A DNA stretch of 61,863 nt, filler included, from Choristocarpus tenellus KU-1152 (Eukaryota > Protista > Phaeophyceae): assembly GCA_964200185.2 (NCBI GenBank). It is 9 parts of 9 records of this genome, joined end to end, with 100 filler letters (N's around TTAATTAATTAA, not from the genome) between each part and the next. Parts side by side here need not be neighbours in the genome. Positions count along the whole stretch, not along the records: positions 9,262 to 14,191 come from CAXNAD020012489.1; positions 14,292 to 17,053 come from CAXNAD020024964.1; positions 17,154 to 21,232 come from CAXNAD020016326.1; positions 21,333 to 29,349 come from CAXNAD020005265.1; 5 more parts are not named here. One strand, 5' to 3'. This document shows positions 13,233 through 24,600 of this stretch, one piece after another. The position numbers were made by a program, and so were the translations under genes. Within the stretch, counting starts at the first letter, position 1. Each line of letters begins with the position of its first letter. The notes under the pieces were generated by a model. That model had not been told where the DNA came from, searched no databases, and worked only from the letters and a program-made list of their open reading frames with translations.

Positions 13233-13738
13233 GGAGGAGTCTCTTGGAAAGGACTGGCCTTGGAAAATGGCATGGCGGGGGGAGGGAGGGAGGCGGCGTG
13301 GTATCAAGATGCGACAGCTGGGCAGCCAGAGAGTGGATGTGCTGGGCATTCTCGGGCAGGGAGCGTATGCCTTGGTATACGCCTGCAGGCTATTGGGAAA
13401 TGGAAAAGAAATTGCAGTGAAGATTGAACGCCCGGTGAGGAATGTCCAGGTTGATCCAAATGCCGCTCTGATGGTGTTTTGTTGTGGGTTAACATGTTCC
13501 TTGTCTCCGGTCAGGGTCAGGGTTAGGGTTAGGGTTAGGGTTAGGGTTAGGGTATGTGTGTATACTTTGGCAGTCTGTTGCGAGTCCCTTTGCTGACTAG
13601 GTGTGTCATGTCCCCTGTTGTCACACATGTGAGTAGACCGATGCAGGCCCGTGGGAGTGCTTCATGACCCAACTGCTGTGTCATCGACTGCAACGCTCTG
13701 AGAAGGAGAATGGACTAATGCGCCTGGGTCTGATCCAG
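13233..13738 (+). CDS. BUB1: BUB1-like spindle-checkpoint kinase, N-lobe exons (partial; the rest lies beyond the contig)
   Basis: Exons 13233-13434 and 13637-13738 (phase 0 join) give LGQGAYALVY...IAVKIERP-TDAGPWECFMTQLLCHRL, matching the BUB1-family pattern ALKV.kP..PWEFY...QL..RL. Confidence 0.75.
13510..13552 (+). repeat. Intronic telomere-like (TCAGGG)2(TTAGGG)5 tract
   Basis: Directly visible inside the BUB1-like intron. Confidence 0.9.
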
Positions 13739-15553
13739 GTGCGGACTGTGTTTAACTGTGTTTGTTGAGGCGGTCGACATGCGTGTTCTTGAAACGCCCA
13801 GGTTTGGTGCGTTGGTGTGGTTCAGTATTATTCAGTATTATTCAGTTATATTCAGTCGTGTTCAGTAATGTTCAATTAGATTCAGTCATATTATTCAATC
13901 ATATTCAGTGATATTCAGTCACAGTAGTGGGTTTTTTGTGAAGAGGTACAGGACAGACTGTTTCTCACTATCTGTCATTGGAAGGCGAGTTGGACATTTT
14001 TTGTACTTTTTTGGGCAATGGATACACTATGAAGTGGACCCTTAAATGAATCTCACAATGGGACTTCTAAGTGTTGGTCCTGGGAGGGGGGGACCGGGGG
14101 TGGGGGGGGGGGGGGGGATTGTGTGTGTTGGAATTTATCGAGAAAAAGTGAAAATAAAGAAAAAAAAAAGGAAAAGAATGAGAAGGGTTTTNNNNNNNNN
14201 NNNNNNNNNNNNNNNNNNNNNNNNNNNNNNNNNNNTTAATTAATTAANNNNNNNNNNNNNNNNNNNNNNNNNNNNNNNNNNNNNNNNNNNNGGTGTAGAC
14301 CCCCCCCCTCCCCCAGATACTTTGGCCCATCATAGTGCAACAAAGCACTGATGAAATTGTTCTGGTAGGTCAGATGGCATGTTGTATTCAGTCAGACAGT
14401 GTTTGATGCGAAGGTATGTTTGGTTGTGCTGTGATTAACACGTTTAGAGGAAACTGTGTGTCATAGCGCAAGAAGACACCTGCGAGTTTCGGTCTGGTGC
14501 GTTTGAAGGCATGTCTTACTCATTCATACTTTGGTTGGAGTGAAATGTGTACTGGTACGCCTGTGGCATGTTTTACTCAGGCAGACGGGTGGTTGATAGA
14601 AACTGTGTGGTCATTTATTGAGACATTCAAATGAAGAAATTCATCCTCTGTGAAGAGAGTTGTCACCTTGGCAGAGAAGGGTTTCGAAGGATGGTTTTAA
14701 CTCTGTTTATATTGCATCCCAGCGTGTGTCTTATACGTGTTGCAGAGTGATGGGATGTCTTGTGGTAGGCAATGCCAGTCAAGTAAAAAATAATAATCAA
14801 CACATGCTATGCAACTGATAACTTGTGTGAAAAAGAAGTAACAGGAGGAAGAGAGAAGAAGCCAAGCTTGAATCCGTATCTAACGTAACACTGTCACACA
14901 TAGTATGCCTGTATGAGGGATAGTTAGGGACTGTTCCTATACTTCCTATAAACTGTGATCTTCTGAGCGAGTTGTGATGATGAGCTAAGGAGCTAACGAT
15001 GTAATTGGGAAAAGGGACCATTGCAATGGACAATTCAACGTTCAGTATGAACTGATGATGCTGCATCGTATCAAAGCAAATCGAATGAGTAGCCGATGTT
15101 TTAACAACCTGGAGGAATTTTTCTGTGGAGTGGGACAATTTGGTGTAGGGGTCCCATAATGGGGTGGAGCGTGCGCTTCTAGACATTCACCTAAGGAATG
15201 AGAGTGGTGAATGGGTCATCAGTCTAGACGGAAGAAATCCTTTCAACAGCATCCGCCAGTCAGTCTTCATCAAGGTTCTCCCAGAGACTCCACCAGGACT
15301 CCTGCCTTATGTCTGCAAGGTATGTGGGGACACCCGTAATCTTCTTTTTCCCCTGGATGAGGGAGGGATGAAGATCCTTCCATCAAGATCAGGTGTACAA
15401 CAGAGGGACCCCCTTGGTCCCCTCTTATTTTGCATGGCAACACATTAGGCACTACAGCAGGTTCAATCTACTTTTGGAACCCTGGGGGTTTCCTCCCGAA
15501 GCTATCTGGACGACACATCCATTTCTGCAAGGGAGATCGACTCTGATATCATA

Positions 15554-15813
15554 GAACCAAAGTATCTTAGAGGATAGAGACGCATCCATTTGGGGGCCAA
15601 AATCCAATGTTGTGATTTTGATAAAATTTTGGCTATCGTATTTGTTAGGATTATTGATACCCATGTTCCGGACACACCTTTTCATAGCATATATACACTT
15701 TACCTACTCCTCAACATTTTGGAGTAGGAAAATGTCATGAAATAACCTATGGGAAGCCAAGCCCCAAATGAACAAACAGGGCAAAACTCGTATCCTTTCA
15801 CATATTTTCACTC
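15554..15813 (+). mobile_element. MITE family A, full copy, TSD ATA, nested in the LINE RT
   Basis: GAACCAAAGTATCTTAGAGG...TTTTCACTC, flanked by ATA on both sides. Confidence 0.9.
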
Positions 15814-16531
15814 ATAGTTGCTTTCGAGCAGTTAAAAACTGACGTCCATGAGGTAGGTATTGACTTTGAATATGGACAAGACCTTTGCCGCACCCCTCCA
15901 GGGCCACCAACCCACGTCCTCAGAACTGGAACTTTTTTCTACAGCAGGTAACAACCTAGCCCAGAAATTCAATGGTTTTGCCACATTGGGGGCTCCAGTG
16001 GGTACAGATGGCTTCATCCAAGCCCATATGGCTGAGGTGATCGAGAGCTCTGGGACACGAACTTTGCCAACACACCTCAGAGAGATGGAGATAAACAGGT
16101 GGCCTGACTCCTCAATTCCTGGTCCCTCTCCTCCCACCTAGACTATCTTGCGAGGGCTCCTCCCCCCCAAGTGGCACACACCATGGAGCAAGCAGACAAC
16201 ACCTCGTTATGGACACTAGAGAAGATAGTGGAGGTAGCAGACTCAACAGAGGCGACGGATTTTTTTGAGGGGCGGTGTAACAATGGGTCTCTCGCTTAGA
16301 GACCCACCAACAAGTACAGGCACAGATGCCCACAAGTGCGGGGGGCTTGGGTTTCTCCTCTATGAAACACTGCCAACACGAAGCTTTCGTAGGATCACTG
16401 ATTGTCACTCTCCCCACTCTCCTAGCAAGGCAGCAAGGGCCTCATGGCGAGTCCTTCTCACAAGCTGTTTGCGCGAGCCCCACAGTACAGGCTTTGGGAT
16501 GGTTCATTCACATTATCCTTTCTACAGGTAT

Positions 16532-16800
16532 GACCCAAAGTATCTGGGGGGGGGGGGGGGGGGGGTGGCTCCACCAAAAAAGGAGGGGGGGGGGGNNNNN
16601 NNNNNTTTATCAACAGACGATCCGTGGGTGGGGTGCGGAGGCGGGGCTGTCTACACCAGGGTGTTCATATGGACCAAAACCAGGAAAAGTGCACTTACAT
16701 TATCCATCCGACGTATGCAACTAAATCACCAAAAATTCTCGACAGGAAAAAAATTGACCCCAAATGGACAGCCGTCAACCCCCCCCGGATGCTTTGATAT
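16532..16800. mobile_element. MITE family B (G-tract TIRs), near-full copy nested in the LINE
   Basis: GACCCAAAGTATCTG(n)...C(n)GGATGCTTTG. Other ends of this family at 14292-14328, 17037-17053, 17154-17356, 21143-21232, 33500-33574, 33675-33719 and 56295-56347. Confidence 0.75.
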
Positions 16801-17153
16801 ATCCCCTCTCAAACCTATCCCCTCAGAAGACCTTGTATAAATCATCGGTCAAGAATGGGAAACCTGGGGGGTAACAGCATCCCCCGCACCTGCACTGGAG
16901 ATCTACATCCTGGCAGCTCATGACGCCAAGATCACAAGGAGGGCTCAACATGAGATCACACGCCTCCTGAGCAGGATCCATTTTGACTTCTTCCAAACTC
17001 AAGTAGCCAGCCTACCAAGTGAATTACAACATGAAAGGGTCAAAGTATCTGGGNNNNNNNNNNNNNNNNNNNNNNNNNNNNNNNNNNNNNNNNNNNNTTA
17101 ATTAATTAANNNNNNNNNNNNNNNNNNNNNNNNNNNNNNNNNNNNNNNNNNNN

Positions 17154-17356
17154 AAAAGGAACACGTGAGCGCTGGAGCGGCGGGGGCTCAAGGAGGCGGG
17201 GGGGGGGGGGGGGGTTACACCAGGGTGTCCATTCAGGCCCTGACCAGGAGAAGTGAAGTTACATCATCCACATGCGATCAAATCACCAAAGAATCTCAAC
17301 ATGGAAAAGTGGGCCCCAAATTGACAGCCGCCACCCCCCCCCAGATACTTTGAGCA
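17154..17356. mobile_element. MITE family B, partial copy at contig start
   Basis: Internal sequence aligns with 16640-16800; ends CCCCCCCCAGATACTTTGAGC. Confidence 0.75.
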
Positions 17357-17916
17357 AACGTTTGGTGTCACACCATCCCACACCCAAAACTCGGGTGATA
17401 CAAATGTGCTGATTCCAATTAAGCAAAGGTGCAAGAAGGGCATAGAATATGAATATATCTGAGACTGCAGCACATTGGACCAGGGCCAATGTGTCACGAA
17501 TTCAACCAATCTAAGTTTGGCAAAAAATACAAGATTGAGGACTTCATTTTGGACTGTATATCAAGGTAAGATAGTGGTATTGTGAAACTGATATCCTCCT
17601 CAAGTCGCACAAAGCAGCCTAAAAAAAGGTGCGACGATTTGGTTGGTCGGAAATTGTTCTAGTGAATCGCAGAATGAAGGAAACTTCTTCTGTCAATGGT
17701 GGTATAAGTGAGCAAGCCCCTTACACCGCTAGACATACTGCAAACCAGTGTTTTGCCCATTATTCCAGGACAAGCCGCTGACAATACTCTCCACATGATC
17801 TAATGCTGAGAGAGACACAGGCACAGGCGAGGACAAACTCCGACCCGTTACTTAGTCGGAGGATACCTTGAAACATGACCCCCCTACAATAGTGTTTGTA
17901 ACTGCTGGAAACAAAC

Positions 17917-20849
17917 CTTCTCCCTCAGGCGAGCGGCCTCTGAGCCTTCATCCACAACCACACTGACAGATTTCAACTCCTCAGTGGCAGTCAAGAGCTC
18001 AGATCTCACTTCTTCTACCAAGTGCTCAGCCTTTTTGGAAGCCAAGACAGCTAGGCGTTTATCTTGTTCTGCTGAGACCAGGCGCTTGTTTGATGTAATA
18101 TAATTTTGGGAACAGATCGAAAAGGTGAGAGGGCAGCAAACAATAGTCAACCAGGGAAATGTATGTATTGGGAGGGTGGAGGGGTGATGGCGGGTGGGAC
18201 AAAGGAAACATGGAGCCCAGAGCAGTCTGTTTTGGGACCAATGAAATGGAGGGTGCAGGATACAGTGTGGTTGGGTCACGTGAGGTAGAGAGCCAATATA
18301 ACTTAGAGGGTAGAGCCACGTTCATTTGGGATCAAAATCCAATGTTGTGATTTTGATGTAATTTTGGCTATCGTGTTTGTTAGGGAGTGTCAATATCCAT
18401 ATTCCGGACTCACCTTTTCACAACATATACACTTTACCTACTCCTATACATTTTGGGGTAGGAAAATGTCATAAAACAACCCATGGGAAGCCAAGCCCCA
18501 AATGGACAAACAGGGCAAAACTCGTACCCTCTAAGATACGTTCACTCAGAGTGGAATAAACCAGATCAGAATCTTAACAAATGAAGGAGAAAATGCATGG
18601 ATATATGATCAACAGGAACTATTTTTTGAAAGTCACAATTTCTTTGAGGGGGTTGAAATGTTTAGAGAGGGGGCAACACAGCACATGTGTTTTGAGACCT
18701 GGAGGCAAATGGCGAATACATATGTTGTAAATACACACAACAGGCACAGATAGTTGTGCGGAAATGACACCTCCTTCTCCTTGTCCTCGATGTTTGGCAC
18801 ACAGGTTTGGCGATTTTATGGATTCAAACAATCAGGCCGTCTCTTTTGCTGAACTTTCTTTTCCTACTTGGGTATGTCTATTCCCAACCTGCTCAGCTCC
18901 TTCCGCGCGTTTTTCCAACATTACAATGGTGGCCTTTGACTCCCGTAGCTTCAGCAAGGCCCCCTCAAGCTCCTCAGCCGATTTTGGAGCGACATCAGCC
19001 AGCATCCTTAGTGTGAGTTGGGAAGAGAGTTTGGGGTGATGCTTAGTGTGTTCCGCATGAGAAAAACTATTGAGATGCTTGGTGTAGTAATGTTGAAGAA
19101 AGACTGTTCAATATGAAGCACTGAAAGGCCTTATGACATTTGCTACCCTTTCATTGGAAGGTACACAGGTTCTGCACTACTTCTGTTCCAAATGCGAACG
19201 GATTATGAAGGTCCCTGTGCAACATCATTCTATATTGATACCTTCTAATCACTTGGTAGTTTAAAAGTGAAACACATCCATCCTACACATAATTAGTGTT
19301 CAATGCATCATGTTGCAGGGATTTATGTATGTATCACATCTCCTTAGGTCTTTCTTTGAAGTAGGAATGCCAGCCAAACCATATTAGGGAGCAAATTAAA
19401 GTAGGATAGGGGGATGCACTCACAACCTTGGTAACAGTTCAACTCCTGTAAAGGTGTTCCTGTTCCCACCGCTGTGGGTGAACTAGGGGTATCATACCCT
19501 CCTCACCGAACATGATGATGCGTGGCTCTTGTCAGCCATGGTCGCTTAATTCACACAAGGATTGTGATGCTCACACACTTCGTTCATTGGTTCCTCCCAC
19601 CATTGAGCTAAGGAACTATGATCTACACCTCTGTGTGTGCCTTTTCAGGTCCACAGCCTAGATTCTGCTACCTTGTATGCACTAATACCTCCAATACCTC
19701 ATCCCCCAAAGACAACCAATGACAACGCTCTCCACAATTTTTTTTCATCATTTAAGCGCAACTATCACGCAGTTCTTCAAGATTTGAAGACCTTTCGAAG
19801 AGTTTACGAACTCTTGAAGGGTTTCACACTCGGCAATACCTTGTTGTGGTAGCATTGAGCTGACTGAGAGCATTCTTTAGCAGCTCCTTGTTCTGTTCGG
19901 ACTCTGCCAGCATCTCCTCCAAATGCAAGATTTTTTCTTTCCCCTTCCCTGTTGCTGCCCTAGATTCCTCAAGCTCACGTGAAAGGCGCTTTATCTCTCC
20001 GTCCAGGAGCACCGACTTCATTTGGTATGAAAGAAAAGGTGTGGGGACATTGGATCAGGTTCACAGTAAGAGGGAAAAAGTGGTTCGGAGGTGAGGGGGT
20101 ACAGTAGCACAGTAAACGGACTGCAAAAAAATGTCATCTAGAAGATAACATACATACATACATACATATATATATATGTATGTGCTTGGCTCATGTCCTT
20201 CAAAGACGGCGCCTGATTCATTGCTCTAAGCATATACACTGTATACAGCGGCAGTGAATTCAACTCGATAACTCCCCTAGCCCATACACTTTCTCACACT
20301 GTCTGAACTTGAGGACATTTGTTCGGAAGCGATACCAGTGGGTGCACTTGCTGCTATGGAGGAAGTGTTTTCCTGGATGGGTGAGAGAGCTACTGTCTTT
20401 TCGCTGGTCATGTTGTCTGCAGTACTGTGATTGCCAAACTCTGCAGAGGCACTACTTCCATCTCCCTACAGGGTAGGGAAAAGGGACAGAGTTGAGAAGG
20501 TGGGGCAAGAGGGAACACGGGGACAGGTCCGAGGGAGTTGAATGGTAGAAGCAAGGCAAGAATAGATTTCCTGTTGTTTCTCATTTTCCAGTACATTCAA
20601 CGATGCTCTTGGCATATCGTGGGCTGTATTCTGCCTGCCAAATTCAAGGAGGCATATAAGCAATAGCAAGTGTAGTCTAAACAAAATATTCCACATCCCT
20701 TGAAGCGCATAATATGGAAACACGCCTCAGTGATCTCATCAAACCTCAAGCTTGCTAATGCGAGCTTCAGTCTCTTCAACCAGCAAGGTCAGCTTTGGCA
20801 GCAGCTTCTCCAGCCTCCTGTGTTCCACAAAACGATCTTTGATGGCCAC
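17917..20849 (-). CDS. Coiled-coil protein, internal exons (partial gene)
   Basis: Five phase-consistent GT-AG exons: 20849-20745, 20465-20298, 20015-19840, 19006-18889, 18084-17917. Heptad-like E/K/L-rich sequence (e.g. EIKRLSRELEESR, EELEGALLKLRESK). Confidence 0.7.
18290..18547 (+). mobile_element. MITE family A, full copy, TSD AGA, intronic
   Basis: TIRs GAGCCAATATAACTTAGAGGGTA / TACCCTCTAAGATACGTTCACTC, with AGA on both flanks. Confidence 0.9.
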
Positions 20850-21669
20850 CTATAAAGGGTATGCCGACACCTGTGAGTGTTAGCATTGCAAGGAGCTCAA
20901 ATACATGGTTATGAAGGTATCTGTTGCTTGTGGCATAGGGAAAACGGTTTGTCAATAATTTTGGTTATTCAAGCACATGTGAAAGGCTTTCCTTCGTACT
21001 GAACATGAAATCCCTCCACACTTCGGAAGCAGGGTCAGTTGATGCAAGGGCGGGGTGAGAGGGGGTGCCGCAGCCTCATTTTGAGTGCCTCAGTAAGATG
21101 TAATAAACTGGTACAAGGTTAATGTCCTTTTGAAGGACACAAGGGTCAAAGAAAGTATCTGGGGGAGGGGGGGGGGGGGCGGCGTCGTCTTTTTTTCGAT
21201 TTTCACTTTTTTTTGTGTGATTTGGTCGTACGNNNNNNNNNNNNNNNNNNNNNNNNNNNNNNNNNNNNNNNNNNNNTTAATTAATTAANNNNNNNNNNNN
21301 NNNNNNNNNNNNNNNNNNNNNNNNNNNNNNNNCAGTTCTGTCCCTCAACCCCCCCCCCCTTTTTTTTCCCTTGGTGGCAAACACCTGTTTATTATTATTA
21401 TTATTATGTTTTAATCTTTTTATTATTATTGTTAGATATACTTACCATTACTACACACTTCATTTTCTTCACATTGATTTGATGTGTGCATCAATAGGCA
21501 GAACGCTAATGTTCACCCTTTTTTGTGTTTCCTCTCTCATTTTATTTTTATTTTTTTATGTCTTTCTTTTTCTTTTTAAAAGACAATGGTGATGCCCACT
21601 TATCCCTGCTTCAACTTTTTGAACAGTTGGCTTTTGTGTGTGTGTGTTTGTGTGTGTGTGTGTGAACAG

Positions 21670-24600
21670 GACTTGGCTGAGAGCGGGGCAGCTCTTCCTG
21701 CGGGTTTTGTGAACCTTGGCAACACATGCTATATGAACTCCACCCTTCAATGCATTCGCAAGGTGAGTTTGTTACTACGTGCTTGTGTAGTCTTATCTAC
21801 GCTTTAATGTTTTCCTTAGGAAGGTACATTATATATATATATAATATATATGTATTTATTCTCTAATGTGATAGCTTGGGTTTATAATAGATAGGACTTA
21901 GACATTTTTTGGGGGTTTGAGGTGAAGGGTCAGTATGTCATGTCGCTTCCTTTTGTCACTTATTATCACTCTGATGTGCTCTGCATGACATGGGGTGAAG
22001 TGAATCATGGGGTGAAGTGGATCTAGGATTCGCTCAGAGATTTGTGGGGGGTGGGTGGGGGAAGAGGGAGTCGAGCATGATATGCCCACAATATACAACA
22101 CGTGATGATGTCCATATATTCATACATCATTAATAGTAGTCATGTAGACTTCAATAAAAAGCTCGTACTCTAGCCAGGGCTCGAACCCGGGACCTTGTGC
22201 GTGTAAGGCACACGTTGCTTGGTGCTGTTGTTATGGTCCTGTAAGTATTGATCTCACTTTGGTGAACCACACATGCTAAAGTTGATAAGAAATGTTACAT
22301 GTTGCGCAGGACACATGATCCCCTGTCACATCCACTACCTCCGGCTTCACGCACAGATATTTTTGGTAAGGTTCACTCTCAACTGTACATCACTGTGTAT
22401 GTATATTATATGTGTACGTGTATTATATATGTATGTGTATTCATGGTTACATGCCCTCACCTTCGAAAGCTTGAATACACATTTGTGTACTGAAAGCTTA
22501 CGCAAGCTTCTTTGGCTTAATCCATGCAGTATGTATGAAACCTCCTTTCTAGTTGGAAAAAACTCCTTGGAATGTTGACTCTCATATGTTGTGTCCATGT
22601 CTGCCTGCCAAAGGAAAAAAAATCGTTTTCTTTTGAGCAAGACGCAAGGTTTTTTTTTAGAATTTTATCAACACTCCCCTGTTGTTATCCCAAATTTTGC
22701 TCCACAATGCCTTTTTCTCAAGCTAAATTGCACGTGTATCATACCCTCACCTCTCACCTCTCACCTCTGCTCCCTGTTGACAATCCCTCCTCCCTGCCAT
22801 CATCTCTGTGTGTGTTACATTGTCTTCCTCCCCCCTCCGGGGCCTCTGGGGCAACAAATAGGTGCCTGAGCTGCGAGAGGCGCTGTCGTCTTTCAAATCT
22901 GGGTCGGCGGCAGCAGCGGGAGAGGACTTGTCAACAGCTTTTGCTGTGGCGTTGCGGGATACGTACAACTCCATGGACCGTTCTACAGAGGCGGCACCAC
23001 CTGTGATGTTCTTGCAGGTGTTGTGTGTTGTGTGTTGTGTTTGTGTTGTGTTTAGTGTTTTACCGTTTCTTTTTTGTAGCTGTTGTCAGTGAGCGGATCG
23101 CAAGGGTCCTCCGACCATATCGATTCTGTGCTTCTGAGATGGTTTTGATACTATTTATGTTTGATGCTATTTATGTTTTGATGTTATTTTGAGTTATTTT
23201 GAGTTGGTTGTTGACTGTCAGCCGTCCCTCCCTTTCGAAATATAAAATAAAATGAATTGTGATCTTCTTGTTTTTGCATTATTTTATTTTGTTTTTGTTT
23301 GTTCTAGCTGCCTCGTTTTGTTTCCATTTGTTTTAGTTTAGATGTTGCATACCTCTCGCAGAGGTTTTTTAGTGTTGTTAGTGGCATTGTCACAGTGTGG
23401 TGACTGGCTTTATTCATATAAAAAGCACTCTGAGGATAATAATAATAATAATAATGATAATAATACTAACAATTTTTATTGTTTTGATTCGGAGATAACT
23501 CTGGATTTATGTGCTATGTAAGTTTTCATACCTTGGACAGCATTATTCTTTTGTAGCAATATGTCCACGCTTTGTGTTGACATTTTCAAACTGGTTTGTA
23601 CCTAACATACGTGTGATTTTCTTGGTCAGGTCTGAGGGTGTTGTGGGCACTACTAGTAGTACTAGTATGTAGTGTTGCGTATATTTTCATTGTCAGTGTT
23701 ATGGGGGTATAACACTATGTTATGGGGTATAAAATGGGGTATAACATAGTGTTGGTCCTTTTCATGGAACACATGTGTCAAAACATAAAAAGGTAATGTG
23801 ACTAATGTATGCTGTGCTGTAATGATGTGTCAAAAAATAAAAACAAACAAAGAAACAGTGTGTACCTTGTTTTGTTTTGAAATAGAAATATTGTAACAGA
23901 AATATTGCAACAGAAATATCGTAGCAGCGAGTGCACTTGCATGTTTTGAGGGGTATCTATGTGAGATTTCACAACATCAACGGAAGGAAGAGGTTTGAGC
24001 TTTTGCATCAGTTGAAACAGCAAGAGGGCATGGCCTGATGTAGGTACGAGAGACTCTACTGTCTGCCAAGTCTTACTTTAAGTCTTACTTGTGTGATTTT
24101 TCTGTTAGTTGCCATATCCGCTGTCACCCATATTTTTCTGTTATTTTTCTGTTATTACGTGGCCCGTGGCCCGTGGCCCAGCCATGTTGAACTGGTTGAT
24201 GGCCATGAACTCGCCATGCTTGAACTCAGTTGTATAGGACCGGGCGGCGACCTGGCTGTGTTGAAGTAGTTACAGCCATGGACTCGACCATGATTGAGAA
24301 TTTTATCTGTGGCTGACTACGTAAAATGACCTTCACACTTGGGCCAGTCACATCATGGCAATGGTATCCCACATTATTTTCTTGTCTCTTGAGTTGGAGG
24401 TACTAAATTTGATTGGTGTCATATGGTAGGTTGCTTTCTATTTTCATCAATTAAAAAAAACATACATTTTTGTAACCGTTTAATATTTTATTTATTATTT
24501 TTTTACTACACAGTGTTTGGTGTTTGGGAGGCATTTACACGGTATGATTTGCGATTTTTGTAAATATATAATGAAACAATGCACCTTCAACTTTTCAAGC

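Larger units (their letters stand above)
15080..17036 (+). mobile_element. Degenerate non-LTR retrotransposon (CRE/SLACS-like RT) interrupted by two MITEs
   Basis: Frameshifted RT motifs in order: GQFGVGVP, SLDGRNPFNSIR (D..NAFNS..R), GVQQRDPLGPLLFC, YLDD (~15503-15514), LGAPVGTDGF. Multiple stops and frameshifts. Confidence 0.85.
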
